From Iphione sp. A-MEVVRFRX5 (taxonomy: Eukaryota), in the NCBI GenBank assembly GCA_976226885.1, contig OZ320314.1, positions 34,348,001-34,412,000 of the forward strand: a stretch of DNA of 64,000 bases, written 5' to 3'. The first letter of the stretch is position 1; each line of letters starts with the position of its first letter. A program made the translations under genes and the position numbers. Positions 15,001 to 27,580 of this stretch are shown here, in pieces. The notes beneath the pieces are model-generated. The model was not told where the DNA came from. It saw nothing but the letters and a program-made list of their open reading frames with translations, and made no database searches.

Positions 15001-17711
15001 ATCAGGGGGCATTTTAGCTTTATGTAGAAGGAAAAGTGGTTGGTTCAGCATGTCCCATGGGAAGTTGTATCCGCAACCATTATCATTCAGTGGGCATCTC
15101 TTTCTTCCGCGGTCCGGCACAGGTTACCTCAGGGACACATTCAGACAGCCATTTGGATCATGCTTTTCCCTAATGTCTCTCATCAAATACATATTTGGAC
15201 CTTTGTTTGAGGTCTAGGCAATCTCAAGAGAGTGTTCTAGTTTTAGCCTGTGGCTGTGGTACAAATACAAAAATCCGTCCTTGTACAGACGAAGCAAAAA
15301 TGTAGGTGTGCTTAAGGAACTTTTCGCAACCTACAAACTACTATTAAAAGTAACGTTTGGCGAATTGAATATGACTGTCCTCTAAATGGTAAGACGACTT
15401 ACTACGCGGCGCCTATTTAACTGAAGAAACAACATCTCTCAATGTAGGTAATTTTAATGTTAGCATAATGAGAGTTACGTAACGACCAGTTCATGGGATA
15501 CATTGAAAGTGTAGAGGTGGAGGAGGGTTGGCGCTGATATATGTGGTCCCTTGAGGCTAAACGTACAGCCATTACGTTAAAACACAAAGTGGTCGTCGGG
15601 GCCGATTTCGGCCGGCATTGTTTGTAAGCGATCGAGCCTATAGCCCAATGACCATCCGCCCTAACAATCTGACCGGCCAGGCCGCTACCTCCATCATGTT
15701 AATGCATCTGCCGTGTTAATGAAATTTGGTGGAGCTTCGATGTCGGCGTTGTCACATCAGTCGTGATAGAAGGCAGAGACATGCCGAACGAGCCGCGCGG
15801 CCTGCCGCTCTACCAAACCTGCCTCCTGGCCCGCGCCTGCAACGTGATGCAATGGAATACTGACGTGCGTCTGGGAAGTATTACAAAGTCCCCTCGGATC
15901 TCTATTTTTGAGCTGACCAAAAGCCCTTGGCTGCGGGTCCTGTGCACAGCATGGGGCAGAATCTGCTGCTTGCAAAGTATGGGAATGTTGCCTTCGACGT
16001 GCAATGCTCTCTACAGTGGGTATAAAGAACACTATCATTGACGAGCCAACCGTGCTAAGAACGACTACCGATATACTTTCCAAAATGTAATGCCACCCAT
16101 AGTTCGGTTCCCCCTTTAGGCCACCGACTGCTACCTAACAGAGCGCTAGCCTCTCTCATCTAAAATTGTATAAGAGACTAATGTTCCGAACAAATGCAAT
16201 AAGCATCGATTTGATTACATGCAAGTCACAGTTTGCGGCCATCTGCTGACCTCTTTCAACCTCACTCCCAAATGGTTGGTGCCGGAAAGTCCTGTGTGTG
16301 GCGTCTGTAAACTGTGTAAGCGTGTGCGTAGGTCAGCTTAAAGCACTATGTGTAAATGTACCAGGCATTCAGTGGACCACCGGCATACGTGATTAAGGTA
16401 TTTAATATTTAAATGTTCGCCCCACAAATACAACTCCGGTTGCCATTGATGACTATGCACTCTAATGGCAAAGCCACAGATGTCTTTCTTGCAGTTGTTT
16501 TTGGAAGTGTTTTAAAATGATCAACTGTGGTTTTCAACTCAATGATATGAATAAAATCCATTATTTTCTTCACAGAGGAGCAATTCTGTGACAAATCTGT
16601 GATTTATTTATAATGTTATCGTAAAATAACTTCAAATCATATTACCGTCAAATAATCTACCTACAATCTGCCACACACTTTCCCTTTTCACCCATCTATT
16701 TTTATTCTCACTCATCATGTATTTTTTCCTTCTGAATTTTCGCCCATTTCCCGTCACAATGGACAATATAATTGTCTAAAGGCCATCTCCTGGTGGAGCA
16801 TGACATGGGTGGGGCTGGTTTGAGGTGGAGGAGAAGGGTTGCCTGAGCGCATGCTATTAGCACCATTGCATGACAAGACCAACAGATTGTCTTGGCAGGA
16901 TCCCAGCCGCCTGTCCGTTATCAGCAACCCTTGTTGTCGTTGGGACTGCCCTGTCAAGTCGTCCTCACGCCTTGACCGCATGAAACCGTTCCCTAGCTCG
17001 TCGGGGAGTATCCATGCAGAACAAGACTAGTTGCTAAGGTGACTATCATGATGGAAAAAATGCCCGGAAATCTGTGAAATTTGTCGTATGCCTGTCGGTA
17101 CCTAAACAATATAAAGAACCCTTTTCGACCCCTTGCATCCTCATAAATTGATACTCTCCTATATTGTTTAATGCATATTTCTAATGCTAGTGACCACTCC
17201 ATATTTTTGTATTATGTGTAGTATCCGAGGTATTCTGGACTGTTTTATAGATTTCATTTTGATGTCATCAAAGTCAGATACAAAATGCTGCTATAGAATG
17301 GAAATCCAGAGCGGAATTCTTCTTCAGGAATCCAATGATTGCAGCACACAGATTTATGGGCTGGTGTCCTATTCACATTCTTCCATGTAGATTTACGTCA
17401 ATTCTACACGCCTGTCGTAGTCAATCCACCCAAGATAAATGCCATATATATATTTTATATATCAACTCAGAGAAAAGGCAAACACTTCAATGTAGAACTA
17501 GTTTGAAGAAAGAATATCTATATTTGCAACTACGTGACGACTCGTCATCACGAGTCCATCAGTTTTAATATTTTGTATTAGTTATATGAAGTACCGCCGC
17601 TACCTTTGGTGGCGCTACAGCATGGAGCCAATTTACAACCGAGGAAGCAGAACATCTGTAGGCAGTACCAACTCAGTGCCGTTGTGAATGTGAACTCTTA
17701 TTCCAAATTCT

Positions 17712-17725
17712 ACACACACACGCAA

Positions 17726-17774
<49 letters not shown>
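17712..17774. repeat. Compound microsatellite (CA)n-(TA)17
   Basis: Interrupted CA run at 17712-17740, then a perfect (TA)17 at 17741-17774 abutting MITE copy A. Confidence 0.95.
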
Positions 17775-17778
<4 letters not shown>

Positions 17779-17877
17779 GCAGACCCAGTTTAAGACCAGA
17801 TCAAGGGGGAGACCAAACCGGCGGAGAGACCAAGATTGGCTAGTCCCAAGCCTGGTCTCCTAAGTGGGACTCAACTG
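17775..17877. mobile_element. Short non-autonomous DNA transposon relic (pogo/Tigger-like MITE), copy A
   Basis: The right terminus reads TA|CAGTTGAGTCCCACTTAGGAGACC on the minus strand. A degraded left TIR (TA|AAGTGCAGACCCAGTTTAAGACC) starts directly after a (TA)17 tract. TA flanks both sides. About 50 bp of the left part aligns with the reverse complement of about 51830-51880. TA TSD plus 5'-CAGT termini are typical of Tc1/mariner-pogo elements (established knowledge). Confidence 0.6.
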
Positions 17878-20800
17878 TATGCATAATTCCGAAATAATGA
17901 TATTTGAAGGTTGCTTTTAAGGTGTTGGCAAATAAAAGAAACGGACTCAACACGCCAATCATTAATCTTCATAGTGAGCAAAGATATGACATTGATTAAC
18001 AGATAAGTAGGAGCGACCTCAAGATATAATGATACGGTGGAGGGGAAATTGAGCAAATATTTCATGTCATCGTTGGTTAAGGTGCCTTATTGGACACGGA
18101 ATGGCACGGAGGTCTTTTAGTGTGGAGAGTCTCATCACATACTGCTCGTGTCCACTTAAAGCCCTGCTGGCATCAGTCACTATAACCCAAGTATATAATC
18201 CGGAAATAAATGTATTCATTTTAGCGTACCCGAGGGATGCAGTCTACCACTTAACGTTATTTGTTGGCGTAATTTACTTTTTAAAAAGACGGGTCAACAG
18301 GACACGGCGAGGTGAGCATCATTACATTATGACAGGAGGGAATATAATGGCTAAAAAAAAACCTTCACTTTGGGCTCATCTAGCGAATAGATCAACATCA
18401 TGATACGCCTAAAACACTCCCTGTACTAACATCGGGCCCGACCTACCACGGAAATAAAACAATTACACCCATGCAGCATTAAATGGCTACTCACATAAAA
18501 CCGGCCATCCCACTTAAATGACCAGGCTTTGCGTCGAACAAGATTAACTCAACCACGTCCAGATATTTGGTTGTGATAACAACTTTTATTTCAGATAAGG
18601 ATGCGCATCGGGATCAGAAAATCACTCGGGACATTAGGGAAAAAAAGCAGAATAACAACGGTCATAACTTTTGGCCAGTCTCGGTAACAGCTTTGCCGCT
18701 ATCGAATTAAAACACTCGGGTAATTAACGGGGCCGGAGGAAGGAAAGAAAATAGAATCCGGGCTCTCATGCTGCTCTCAGTGATGATACTCAAAGGTGCA
18801 TTAGCGGGGATTATTGCCGTTTTACCGCATAGATCAAAGGGAGCAGGACCATCTGTGGTTGTTTATCTTGTCACCATCACTGTTGGTTAGGCCGCACCAC
18901 GCTTCTTCCTGCCTGGCGACGATACCTTAAAGGAACCGGGCCGATATTCCACATGGGAAAAATACATCATCCTCAGGAAAATGCTTCACAATGGCATCAG
19001 GACGGGATCAATAATTAGAGTCGGGAGTTCCATTCAAAATAAGGACACCGTGGAATGTACAATGTATAAGGCGGAGCGGCACACGCACACACTTCCCTAC
19101 CGACCCTGAGATTAGGTCAACTGCAACACACAAGTAGTGCTGATTTTAAAAGTACATTCCTTGGCACTTGGCGACAGAAGTTATGGTTATCTTATGCAGA
19201 CATGTTTAAAAATGCCTTTCTATTTGGCCGTGTTAGAATAAGAGACTGGCAAACACCATCAACACCACTGTGCCTCCCTGGTCGTCCATGAAGAAGTGTG
19301 ACTATTTACAGAAAGGATATAGAGGGATCTACCCTTTTGTGGTTGGATTCTTTATCATCTTACATTTACTCTGCTTCAAAAGTTGTTATCTTTAAGGATT
19401 AGGTTCCCATCAAAGAAATGTCTTCTTGATAATATCATTGAAATGCGGATGAACCATCCGTAAGAAAATCAATAAAGGCCCTTATGAGTCAGACAAATCA
19501 ATTTTGTATATCAACAGGACTCCTATTCAGGGTATTCATACTTTGACTAGTGATAATAGTTGCATTAGTAACGCGTAACAAAATTTTGTAAGGTTTACGG
19601 ATTTTATCAATAACGTAACCGCGATTTATACATCTGGATAGTGTTAACTGCGGATGTAATTCACATCTCCTTTGTTGCTCACGCATACCGCGCTCAGACT
19701 GGAGCGTCACCGACACCGCGAGGACGTATATCATTCGCCTTGACAGATTGAATCGATGGAGTTCTTTGAAGGAGTTGCTGATGATTGTCTGTGCGTGTGA
19801 GAGAGTGTGCGATTGGCGCCGCGTCTGGCCCTCCTTGGGTTCTCCCCGCCACTGGCTGCTATGAGGGCGAAAGGCAATCATTTCTGATGGAAAAACAAAT
19901 AGCGATGTATGCATCTCAGGAATCTCTGTAAGACTGACACGACTGCTTCCTTGGTGGCCATTGTGGCTTTATCGCCCCAGCCTAAGTGCATTTGCCTGTC
20001 AGGCCTTCTCCAGTATTGACCCGCCGCGAGAGCCAAGCCACTCCTCCCGCTGACCAAGGCGGGCCACGCGCTGAACCAATATCTCTCCCCCACCCACTTT
20101 TTTCTCCCTTTCCGTACACAAAGAAACACTTGGGCCATCGCGCGCCAATTCCTATGAGAAAACACTGGAAACAATGGACAGCGCGACTTTACATCTACAT
20201 TAAATGGCCACTTCCGCCCATGAAAATATCTTTTCCGATATTGCCCTACTCGGCGTTTTTTTTTGAAGAGCAACGGAGGAGCGAGTGGACGAAGAAATGC
20301 CCATGGAAGGAGCCTCGTCGGTGGCTATTACGATGTCTCATCAATTGTCAGTATTGAAGGAGGTGCAGGCTGGTAGAGGACAGGGATAGACGCCTATCTA
20401 AGCCATACATATGTTGGCCGTATGGACTCTCCGCTACCGAGGAACGTGCACCTATTGATCAACGTCCCCGGCCGCCGACAGGCCGGACTAAGTGACACGG
20501 GCACCCGTTATAACACTGATTTATAACTCCTTTCGGCCCAGTCCTCGTTTAAGAGGGGATGTATTTAATTGTCCGGGGGGGAGGGCAAACATGCCACTTA
20601 AGTAGTATTTCAAGCGGAATGAATTACTATATAGGTCTCGGAGAACCGATCTCGATACATCAAGTATACTTTTTTTTCCCACATCAAACATGCAAACATC
20701 GATCGACCCAGTTGGTACAGATCTGTAATAAACCTAATCTAAATGTCAAACACTACGTGGTGAGTGGAGAAGTACAGAAACTTCCGGTGGTGAACAGGGC

Positions 20801-23800
20801 ACGGAGGTCAATGAGAACCGCTGTTGGAATTCTCATTGAATTAGGTCAGAGACAGTTCGGCCGGCCCTCTAGACCGTTGGCGCCCCACTGTTGACGTCTT
20901 GCCGCTGGCCTGGCGAGGTCCAGGACGTGGGGTCCCCACCGATCCATGGGTCGGCTGATTTGGGGGGAGAGAGAAAACGGTCAATCCGGTGGCGAACTCT
21001 GCCTTGTCGTGCGGTCAATAGGTGATGTGAGTTTCAAACCGGGCGAAGACCCCAATCTGCCAATAGACGTCGGCCGTATTGACTAGCCCTCACGACTCTA
21101 TTGGATTGTCGCACTAATGAGTCCACATTTGACAGGCCCTGATCCCAGTGTTTAGCAAACGCAATAGACCGGGCGTCTGCGTACTAAATACATTTGGCGC
21201 TGATTTCAACCGGAATCAAACACTCTCTAGATGGAATGGAAGGCGTCCCTGATGCGTCTTTGTCAACGATGGAGTTGTAATGGTCGGGAAAATTGAGGGT
21301 TACGTGACCGAAATGAGAAGTACGTCTGTCTGTATGACATATCGCAGTCTGGCAGTATGTGAAAATTGACAGCGCATCCGAGACGCCCTTTTTGGAGGGG
21401 ATCTGCAACGTAGGGACCCTGAAACGACAGACCGATCATTCAGGACCGGTCGCTGAGGCAATCTAGTTAAACGTTAGACAAATACCATATGGCTTCACCT
21501 TTTTCACTCGAATCGGTTGTTGGCTTCGTTCATGGAATCCTAATAAAGTTTCTCCACCAGCGCGGGGAAGGAAGAAACAATACACGTAAAACATCATTAA
21601 ACGAAAACATTACTCATTAAATGTAAAAATATTGAAGATCTGGCCATCTTCTCCCGTGATGAGTCGCTCAGAGCGCATCTAAGAGTTTGCCTTTGGATGT
21701 TATCACGTTTGAAATTTGCGTTTTAGTGTTAATCTGGGTGCTGGTGGTACTTGCACACCGCGTATTCGGACGTTATTGGTGGCATCATTAACGCTATTGC
21801 GTCACTCCGCAAACACAATTAAAGGCGAGGTGTCATTTTTAGCAGCCCAGCCAATCCGTCATTGATGATGATTTTTAGTAGTAAGACGACTTTGCTGGTT
21901 AGTCCTCCGTGCTTGCACAAGCTGTGACTCATACCTAGTGCACAAAGTCATGTTGATAACCTCTGCCCTCAAGGACTGATAAATGGAATGTTGCTCTGAA
22001 GGAATGCGAAAGAGACACACAACCTGTTTTATCTCAAGGCTAAAGTCAGAGATGATCTGGAATGGTTCTCCGGTGGATGAGTTGCTACAGGAAGAAGTCA
22101 TCATCTGAAATGAAGTCTGATTTTCGATACAGTACATACAGCTCATGTTGAGTTCTTGGGTTATTTGAATCCAAGACTCATTTTGGAAGTGAGGACGTCA
22201 GCAAGGTTACACGTGCCCACTTTCCATATACTACTAGGGTCCCTGCTACTTGATTTTACCTTGTTTTCAATTTGAGAAAGTTCTTATTGTAAGAAGTCTC
22301 TGCTTTCTACAGCACTGTATTGCCCAACCAGTAAGGACATTCTCTGAGTTAACCGTTACAAGAACGAACCGTGATTTAATGTCTGGAATGATTTCGCTCG
22401 TTAGAATGTGGGGATTCAACGATATGCAACTCAAAGCGCTTCCTTAGGACATTTTCTTAACAGCAAGTATGTTGTAACCAACTATTCTACTAAACCATTT
22501 TTTGAAAAGGAGATTGGAGTTACATTCTTTAGTACATTCTTGAAATCGTTATCTGCATGCGCGACACCGACGAGTTCTGAAATGGACGCATGCTTAGATG
22601 TACTCAAGCTACCAGATGGCAAAATGTTCTGCATCTGTGTGGGGGGGGATCTGTTTTTGTGAAGAACATTGGATTCACTCTCTTTACTTTCATACCGCTC
22701 CGAAGCTAAGAATAGAGAAAACTAACACTAAGCCGAAGGTCAAAGAGAGTGAAAGAGGCCTTCCCATTTTTGCTTCTCCTGAATATTGATATCACTTTGA
22801 TTTGATTCTGAAAGACACTGATGCGTCCCGCTTGTGTATGATGAAGCGTTCAGCGTGTAGCGTACGGTCAACGTTTTGGTGTCAAAGGATCGAATGTCAC
22901 AAGCAATGAGGTTCGAATATATTTACAAGAGCATCCCGCCGATCGTGCATTGTTCTTCAGACCGTACCTTGGAGTGCAACTCGTCATGATTCTATGTACA
23001 TGCACCAGTGCACGTCCACGTATTCCAGTTTTTGCTCAAATATGGAGGAAGAAAATCCTCCTTGTAAACACGTGATCCTGTCCAAACACAGTGGTATGTG
23101 AGTCTTGACTTGTATGTGATTGTATGGAAAGGGATGTGGACGAGGTGCGTGACGGAAGGAAGGTCGCAGGGAGGGGTAGTGGGAGAGGAGAAAAGTAATA
23201 GGTGTGAGAGGTCCGTTGAGGTGCAGAACCAAACATTCCTTTGTGGACACACAGAGAACACCCTCCCCGGCCTAGGATCACGCTACATATGGCGACCAAA
23301 GGAATCAACCACAGCACGCGGCCAATAACAAAACATGGCCAGTCGGCATTTATCATGGACCCTCTTCCCCCTGAAGGGACCCAAGGATTCAATGATCTGT
23401 AATCATCTGCAGGGTTGACGTGCCCCAAGGGGATCCGTGATATAATCCATCTTGGCAATCTATCGCTCCTGCCCTCCTTCTTTTTTTCTTCTGGCGATGG
23501 AAGGACCAGTTGCGGCCTCTGACGATCAGGGTCAGAAGAACTGACGGCCGGCTTGATTCTTACGAATGGAAAACGTAGCTGCTGTACAGTATCGGTAAAT
23601 AAAATCACGTTAATCCACTTACTGCTTCCAATATACTTCCCATGTAATCTTAAATCAATTAAATGATAGACTCGTTACGGCACATAAACTGCAACAAAGA
23701 TTATTTCTGTTATATATGACTTATGGCTTATTCTCATATAATGTACTATTTTGTACCGCAGAAATTTCCCTAGAAAAGGTCTGCACACACATTTTGCAAA

Positions 23801-26800
23801 AATGAGAAAAAATACATCAAAAATATCACTGGATATGATATTGGATATTATGGAAATAATTTACAAGGAGACGCGGTAACCACCCACGAAACTATTTGCC
23901 TGGTAAGACAATTGTGTATTGGCTTTTGACGACCTTATTGGCATTCCGTGTGCACGGACTAGATACGCTATAACGCGTTCGGCGGAATAACTCGCGATCC
24001 TTTGTGTGAAATATCACCGACTTTCAACATTTTGTGTCCGAAATTGAAAATTTATTACTTTACGGTTTTCCATGAGATTGCACTTTGACACGCTTTCTGT
24101 AGCTGCTTTAAGGATTTTGGAGGGAAATACTGGACTACCATACTTTCGGTTAACTACACCAGACCATTCTTCCAATTACAAGTGGAATGGCTCAGGCTGG
24201 CTATCTCTGACTCTAAAATCCCGAGGCCAGCAGAAAGCTTGATGGATTGGTGCGTGATAAATGTGGGTACGCGACCCGTCCCAGCAGCAAGAGACGTTTG
24301 TCCCTCCAGACGACAAAGCCCAATCTATAGAAAGAACTAAACGATGATCATAAAAGCAAACAAAAACATAAAATGGCCTGGAAAGATCGCGGCTAGCCTA
24401 GACACAAGGCAGTGTTTTTTTACCAGGCTTCAGTTGACTATACTAACTTAAAGTCCATGACGTCATATGAATGATAGTTGATGGCGCAATGTTTAAGAAA
24501 TCCTTGAGTTTTTCCCCATCCACCGGGTCTATTCCCATTTTCTGTGGCTGTTTGATCTCTGTATCAGTGGCGGCACTGTCTGATTGCCTGGCCTCTGCTT
24601 TATTGAACACGGCTTATCCGCTGATCCACAATCTGCGTTGGATCCCATCACCGGATTGTGGATCAAAACCGATCAGTAATGCTGAAGGAATATCGCTCGT
24701 TGCGGCACACATCCCTGCTGGTCATTAGGCTCAGTGGGAAGGGCGATATCCAGCTTAAAGAAGCGTGTTTCCATACCATCCATCTTCGTCAAGGAAATGT
24801 GTTTAAAATTAAATCACATCGACTTTTTTTTTCGTGTCATTTACGTCCAACGTTTGGGAAGTTATGGTTGGTTTTGCAGCCTCGACAGAACGAATATCAA
24901 GCAGATATGCATGTACAAGGAGAATAAATAGATGTTTGTCATGGAAATGGAACAGAAACGAATGGCAACTGAAATGGAGACATATTAGGCCATTATGGCT
25001 TTATGACAAGTAGAGGTTTGGGGCGGCAAGTGTGACGACCGCAGCGAAATACATTTGGCCACGAGGAAGCTTTGATCCGACAATTGGGACGCCCTCTTGA
25101 GTCTGATTTGTCATCGTTTGGTCAGCCAGCCCTGCAGGCCTTGGGGCCCTGGGCCTGCTAGAAGAGGCGCGGCGGCAGAGAACCCACACTCCTCAGGGGC
25201 CTGGACCAGGGGGCCAGTGGCGACCGAGTCACAGAAACCTCACAAATAACTCAGAAGTTCTGATCTTCCTGTGCTCTTAGCTTTCCTTGTTGATCCCCCC
25301 ATCCTTCCTGTGTAACTTCTGTAACCTGCCTACGAATTTGGACACCTCCTCCGACACCTTGGAAAACACTGGTGTCATAATTCACTGGGCTCCTCCTAGG
25401 AGGACATTCATATTTTTTGAAGCACAAGGCTTGAAAGGATATTTTATTACACCTTCCTATAAAGAACAAAAAAGACCCCTCAATTTATAGCACGGAGTAA
25501 AACATAACTAAAATTAGTCTAGGTTTAACGATAACGGGCAAACATGACAAGCATGAAATTGCTATAATCAAAAACAAGCGCGGTCGAACCAAATAAAATG
25601 TGGTCGGACAAAAAAAGGCAACCACGGTCTATTATGATTTATCGAGGTGGCAATCACACGCTGGCATTCCATGAGGAGTGATAGTTCACCGCTATCGGGG
25701 TCCACGTTGGGGCCCTGGCATGCTGCAACCCTATTCCCTTGGTAGGCAGCAAGGGCCATCAAGCAACCAAGATGTAATCAACGGCGGCGATGTCTATTAA
25801 TCCTCGCCACCTACTGCAAGCGATTACGTCAGCTTCTCCTACGCCCAGCATTCATTTTTCTAATCAGGCCCTTATCAGATCGAAGCTGATAGGTGCGGGA
25901 GTTAGCAGTGTGTTTCCCGCTTCCTTCCGCGCGCCGTCGGTTCGCACTCCACCCGCGGCGACTCGTAGAAGGCCATCCCAGACATCTCTATTGTGGGCAA
26001 GCGAAAAACCTCGTCGTCAATTTGTCAAAAGTTTCCCGAGCAGATTCCAGCCTTATCTTTGGACGGATGCATAAATCGTCCCCTCCCCACCGGGATAGTC
26101 GGGGCGTTTCATTGGGGACTAGGGACATGTCGGTTATCTATTCACCTCGATGCAGTTTTATGTTTGTTTCGCCAGGCATGATGTAGCCCTATGTTGTCCA
26201 TACTTCAGCCCGCCTGCCCCACACAATGCATTTTGAGGAGGAGCGTAGTCATGAGCCCAAGGGCCTTATCTACATGGCCTTTCCACTGTCGGACACTATC
26301 CTATCATGCGTCTTACCTCTGACTATCTGTCATGGCCGCTATATCGCAGGTCCTGCCATCCATCCTCTAATCACGTGACTTGTCACAGTCAATGGGATCC
26401 CGAGTGGACGATATCCACGCACAATACGGCGCATTCATCATTCACAAAAGAACCACTTCCGGTATGCAGTGCATTAGTATGTGATGATTATGACAGATTT
26501 CTTAGCAGTTTGTCAGCCATTAGAAAAACGGAACCCATGAAGTTCATTATTTTCTGTTTAATTGCCCACACTGGGCGAAGAAATGAATGGCACCCGGGGG
26601 GGCGGGGTTCCCGGTCATGGTCATGATGCAATGCATATGTGCCATTTAGTTATAATTGACCTTAGATGGCGCAGGAGGAACCACATGAGCTTACACACAG
26701 AAGTAAAGGAAGTTGATCCAAGACAAATAATAATGAGCAAGTAGGGCAAGAAGGATAATTCCTCAGACGATGTAACCTGTATGGAAATAAAATATATTAC

Positions 26801-26874
26801 CAGCAGGATGCTGTGAATTTAACAAGGAGACGTGTCCCAAATGAGTTGTATGCCTTCTTGTATATAGCTGCATG

Positions 26875-27155
26875 TTGCTCATATGGCCCACAGGAAGTGT
26901 GTATTGATATTGTCAGGGACTATGTCCATGTAAGTGGGTTGCACCTTGCTCATTTGGCCCACAGGAAGTATGTATTGATATTGTCAGGGACTATGTCCAT
27001 GTAAGTGGGTTGCACCTTGCTCATATGACCCACAGGAAGTATGTATTGATATTGTTAGGGACTATGTCCATGTAAGTGGGTTGCACCTTGCTCATATGAC
27101 CCACAGGAAGTATGTATTGATATTGTTAGGGACTATGTCCATGTAAGTGGGTTGC
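26875..27155. repeat. Minisatellite, 71-bp unit, about 4 copies
   Basis: Units start at 26877, 26948, 27019 and 27090. Consensus is GCTCATATGRCCCACAGGAAGTATGTATTGATATTGTYAGGGACTATGTCCATGTAAGTGGGTTGCACCTT. Units differ by 0-3 substitutions, and units 3 and 4 are identical over their shared length. Confidence 0.97.
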
Positions 27156-27416
27156 CTGCTGGACCCAGACCTGGGGGCGTGGATATCAGGGTGACCGCAC
27201 CAGTGTATTAAAATGTAACGATGCCCCATGCATTCAGGTTGTGTGGCCGTGCATGCAGGTATGTATTGCCAATCATGTGATGGTCCAGTCTGTCCACATA
27301 CGCGTCCGGATTGCGATATGTATATTGCTAGCATGTGTTAGATTCATTTAAATTAATTAACTAATTTGCAAATTATCTGAATATAAAGCTGTACCTTTCC
27401 CACCTTAATGCGTCTT

Positions 27417-27540
27417 TTTACACAAAAGGCCACACAATATCCACCAAGATGCCTTACTTTACAAAAATAGTTACACACCTTCCATCGATATGTCTAACTT
27501 TACACAAAAAAGCCTCACAGTTTCCACTGATATGCTTCAA
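27417..27540. repeat. Diverged tandem repeat, about 41-bp unit, 3 copies
   Basis: Copies start at 27417, 27458 and 27499. Each begins TTTACA(C)AAAA and carries CAC..TCCA..GATG/GATATG at the same offsets. Confidence 0.7.
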
Positions 27541-27550
27541 TTCAAACAAA

Positions 27551-27580
27551 ATTCTATTCTATTCTGTTCTATTCGATTCT
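27551..27580. repeat. (ATTCT)n pentanucleotide microsatellite, 6 imperfect units
   Basis: ATTCTATTCTATTCTGTTCTATTCGATTCT read directly. Confidence 0.85.

Noticed and set aside
16236-22622. CTCF-like matches (about 12/14 at 16236-16249 and 22609-22622; weaker at 13270 and 25204)
   Set aside because: Mismatches at informative positions; such scores are expected by chance without ChIP data.
23036-23608. Longest ORF (190 aa, minus strand)
   Set aside because: No recognisable domain, low-complexity S/P/T composition, and overlap with several other ORFs; this length is within chance for 64 kb in six frames.
4817-23860. Identical 16-mer ATATTATGGAAATAAT at 4817 and 23845
   Set aside because: AT-rich, no extension into the flanks, and one or two such matches are expected by chance in a window this size.
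26875-27155. Regular repeat array considered as CRISPR
   Set aside because: Units are contiguous with no unique spacers, there are no cas genes, and the context is eukaryotic; it is a minisatellite.
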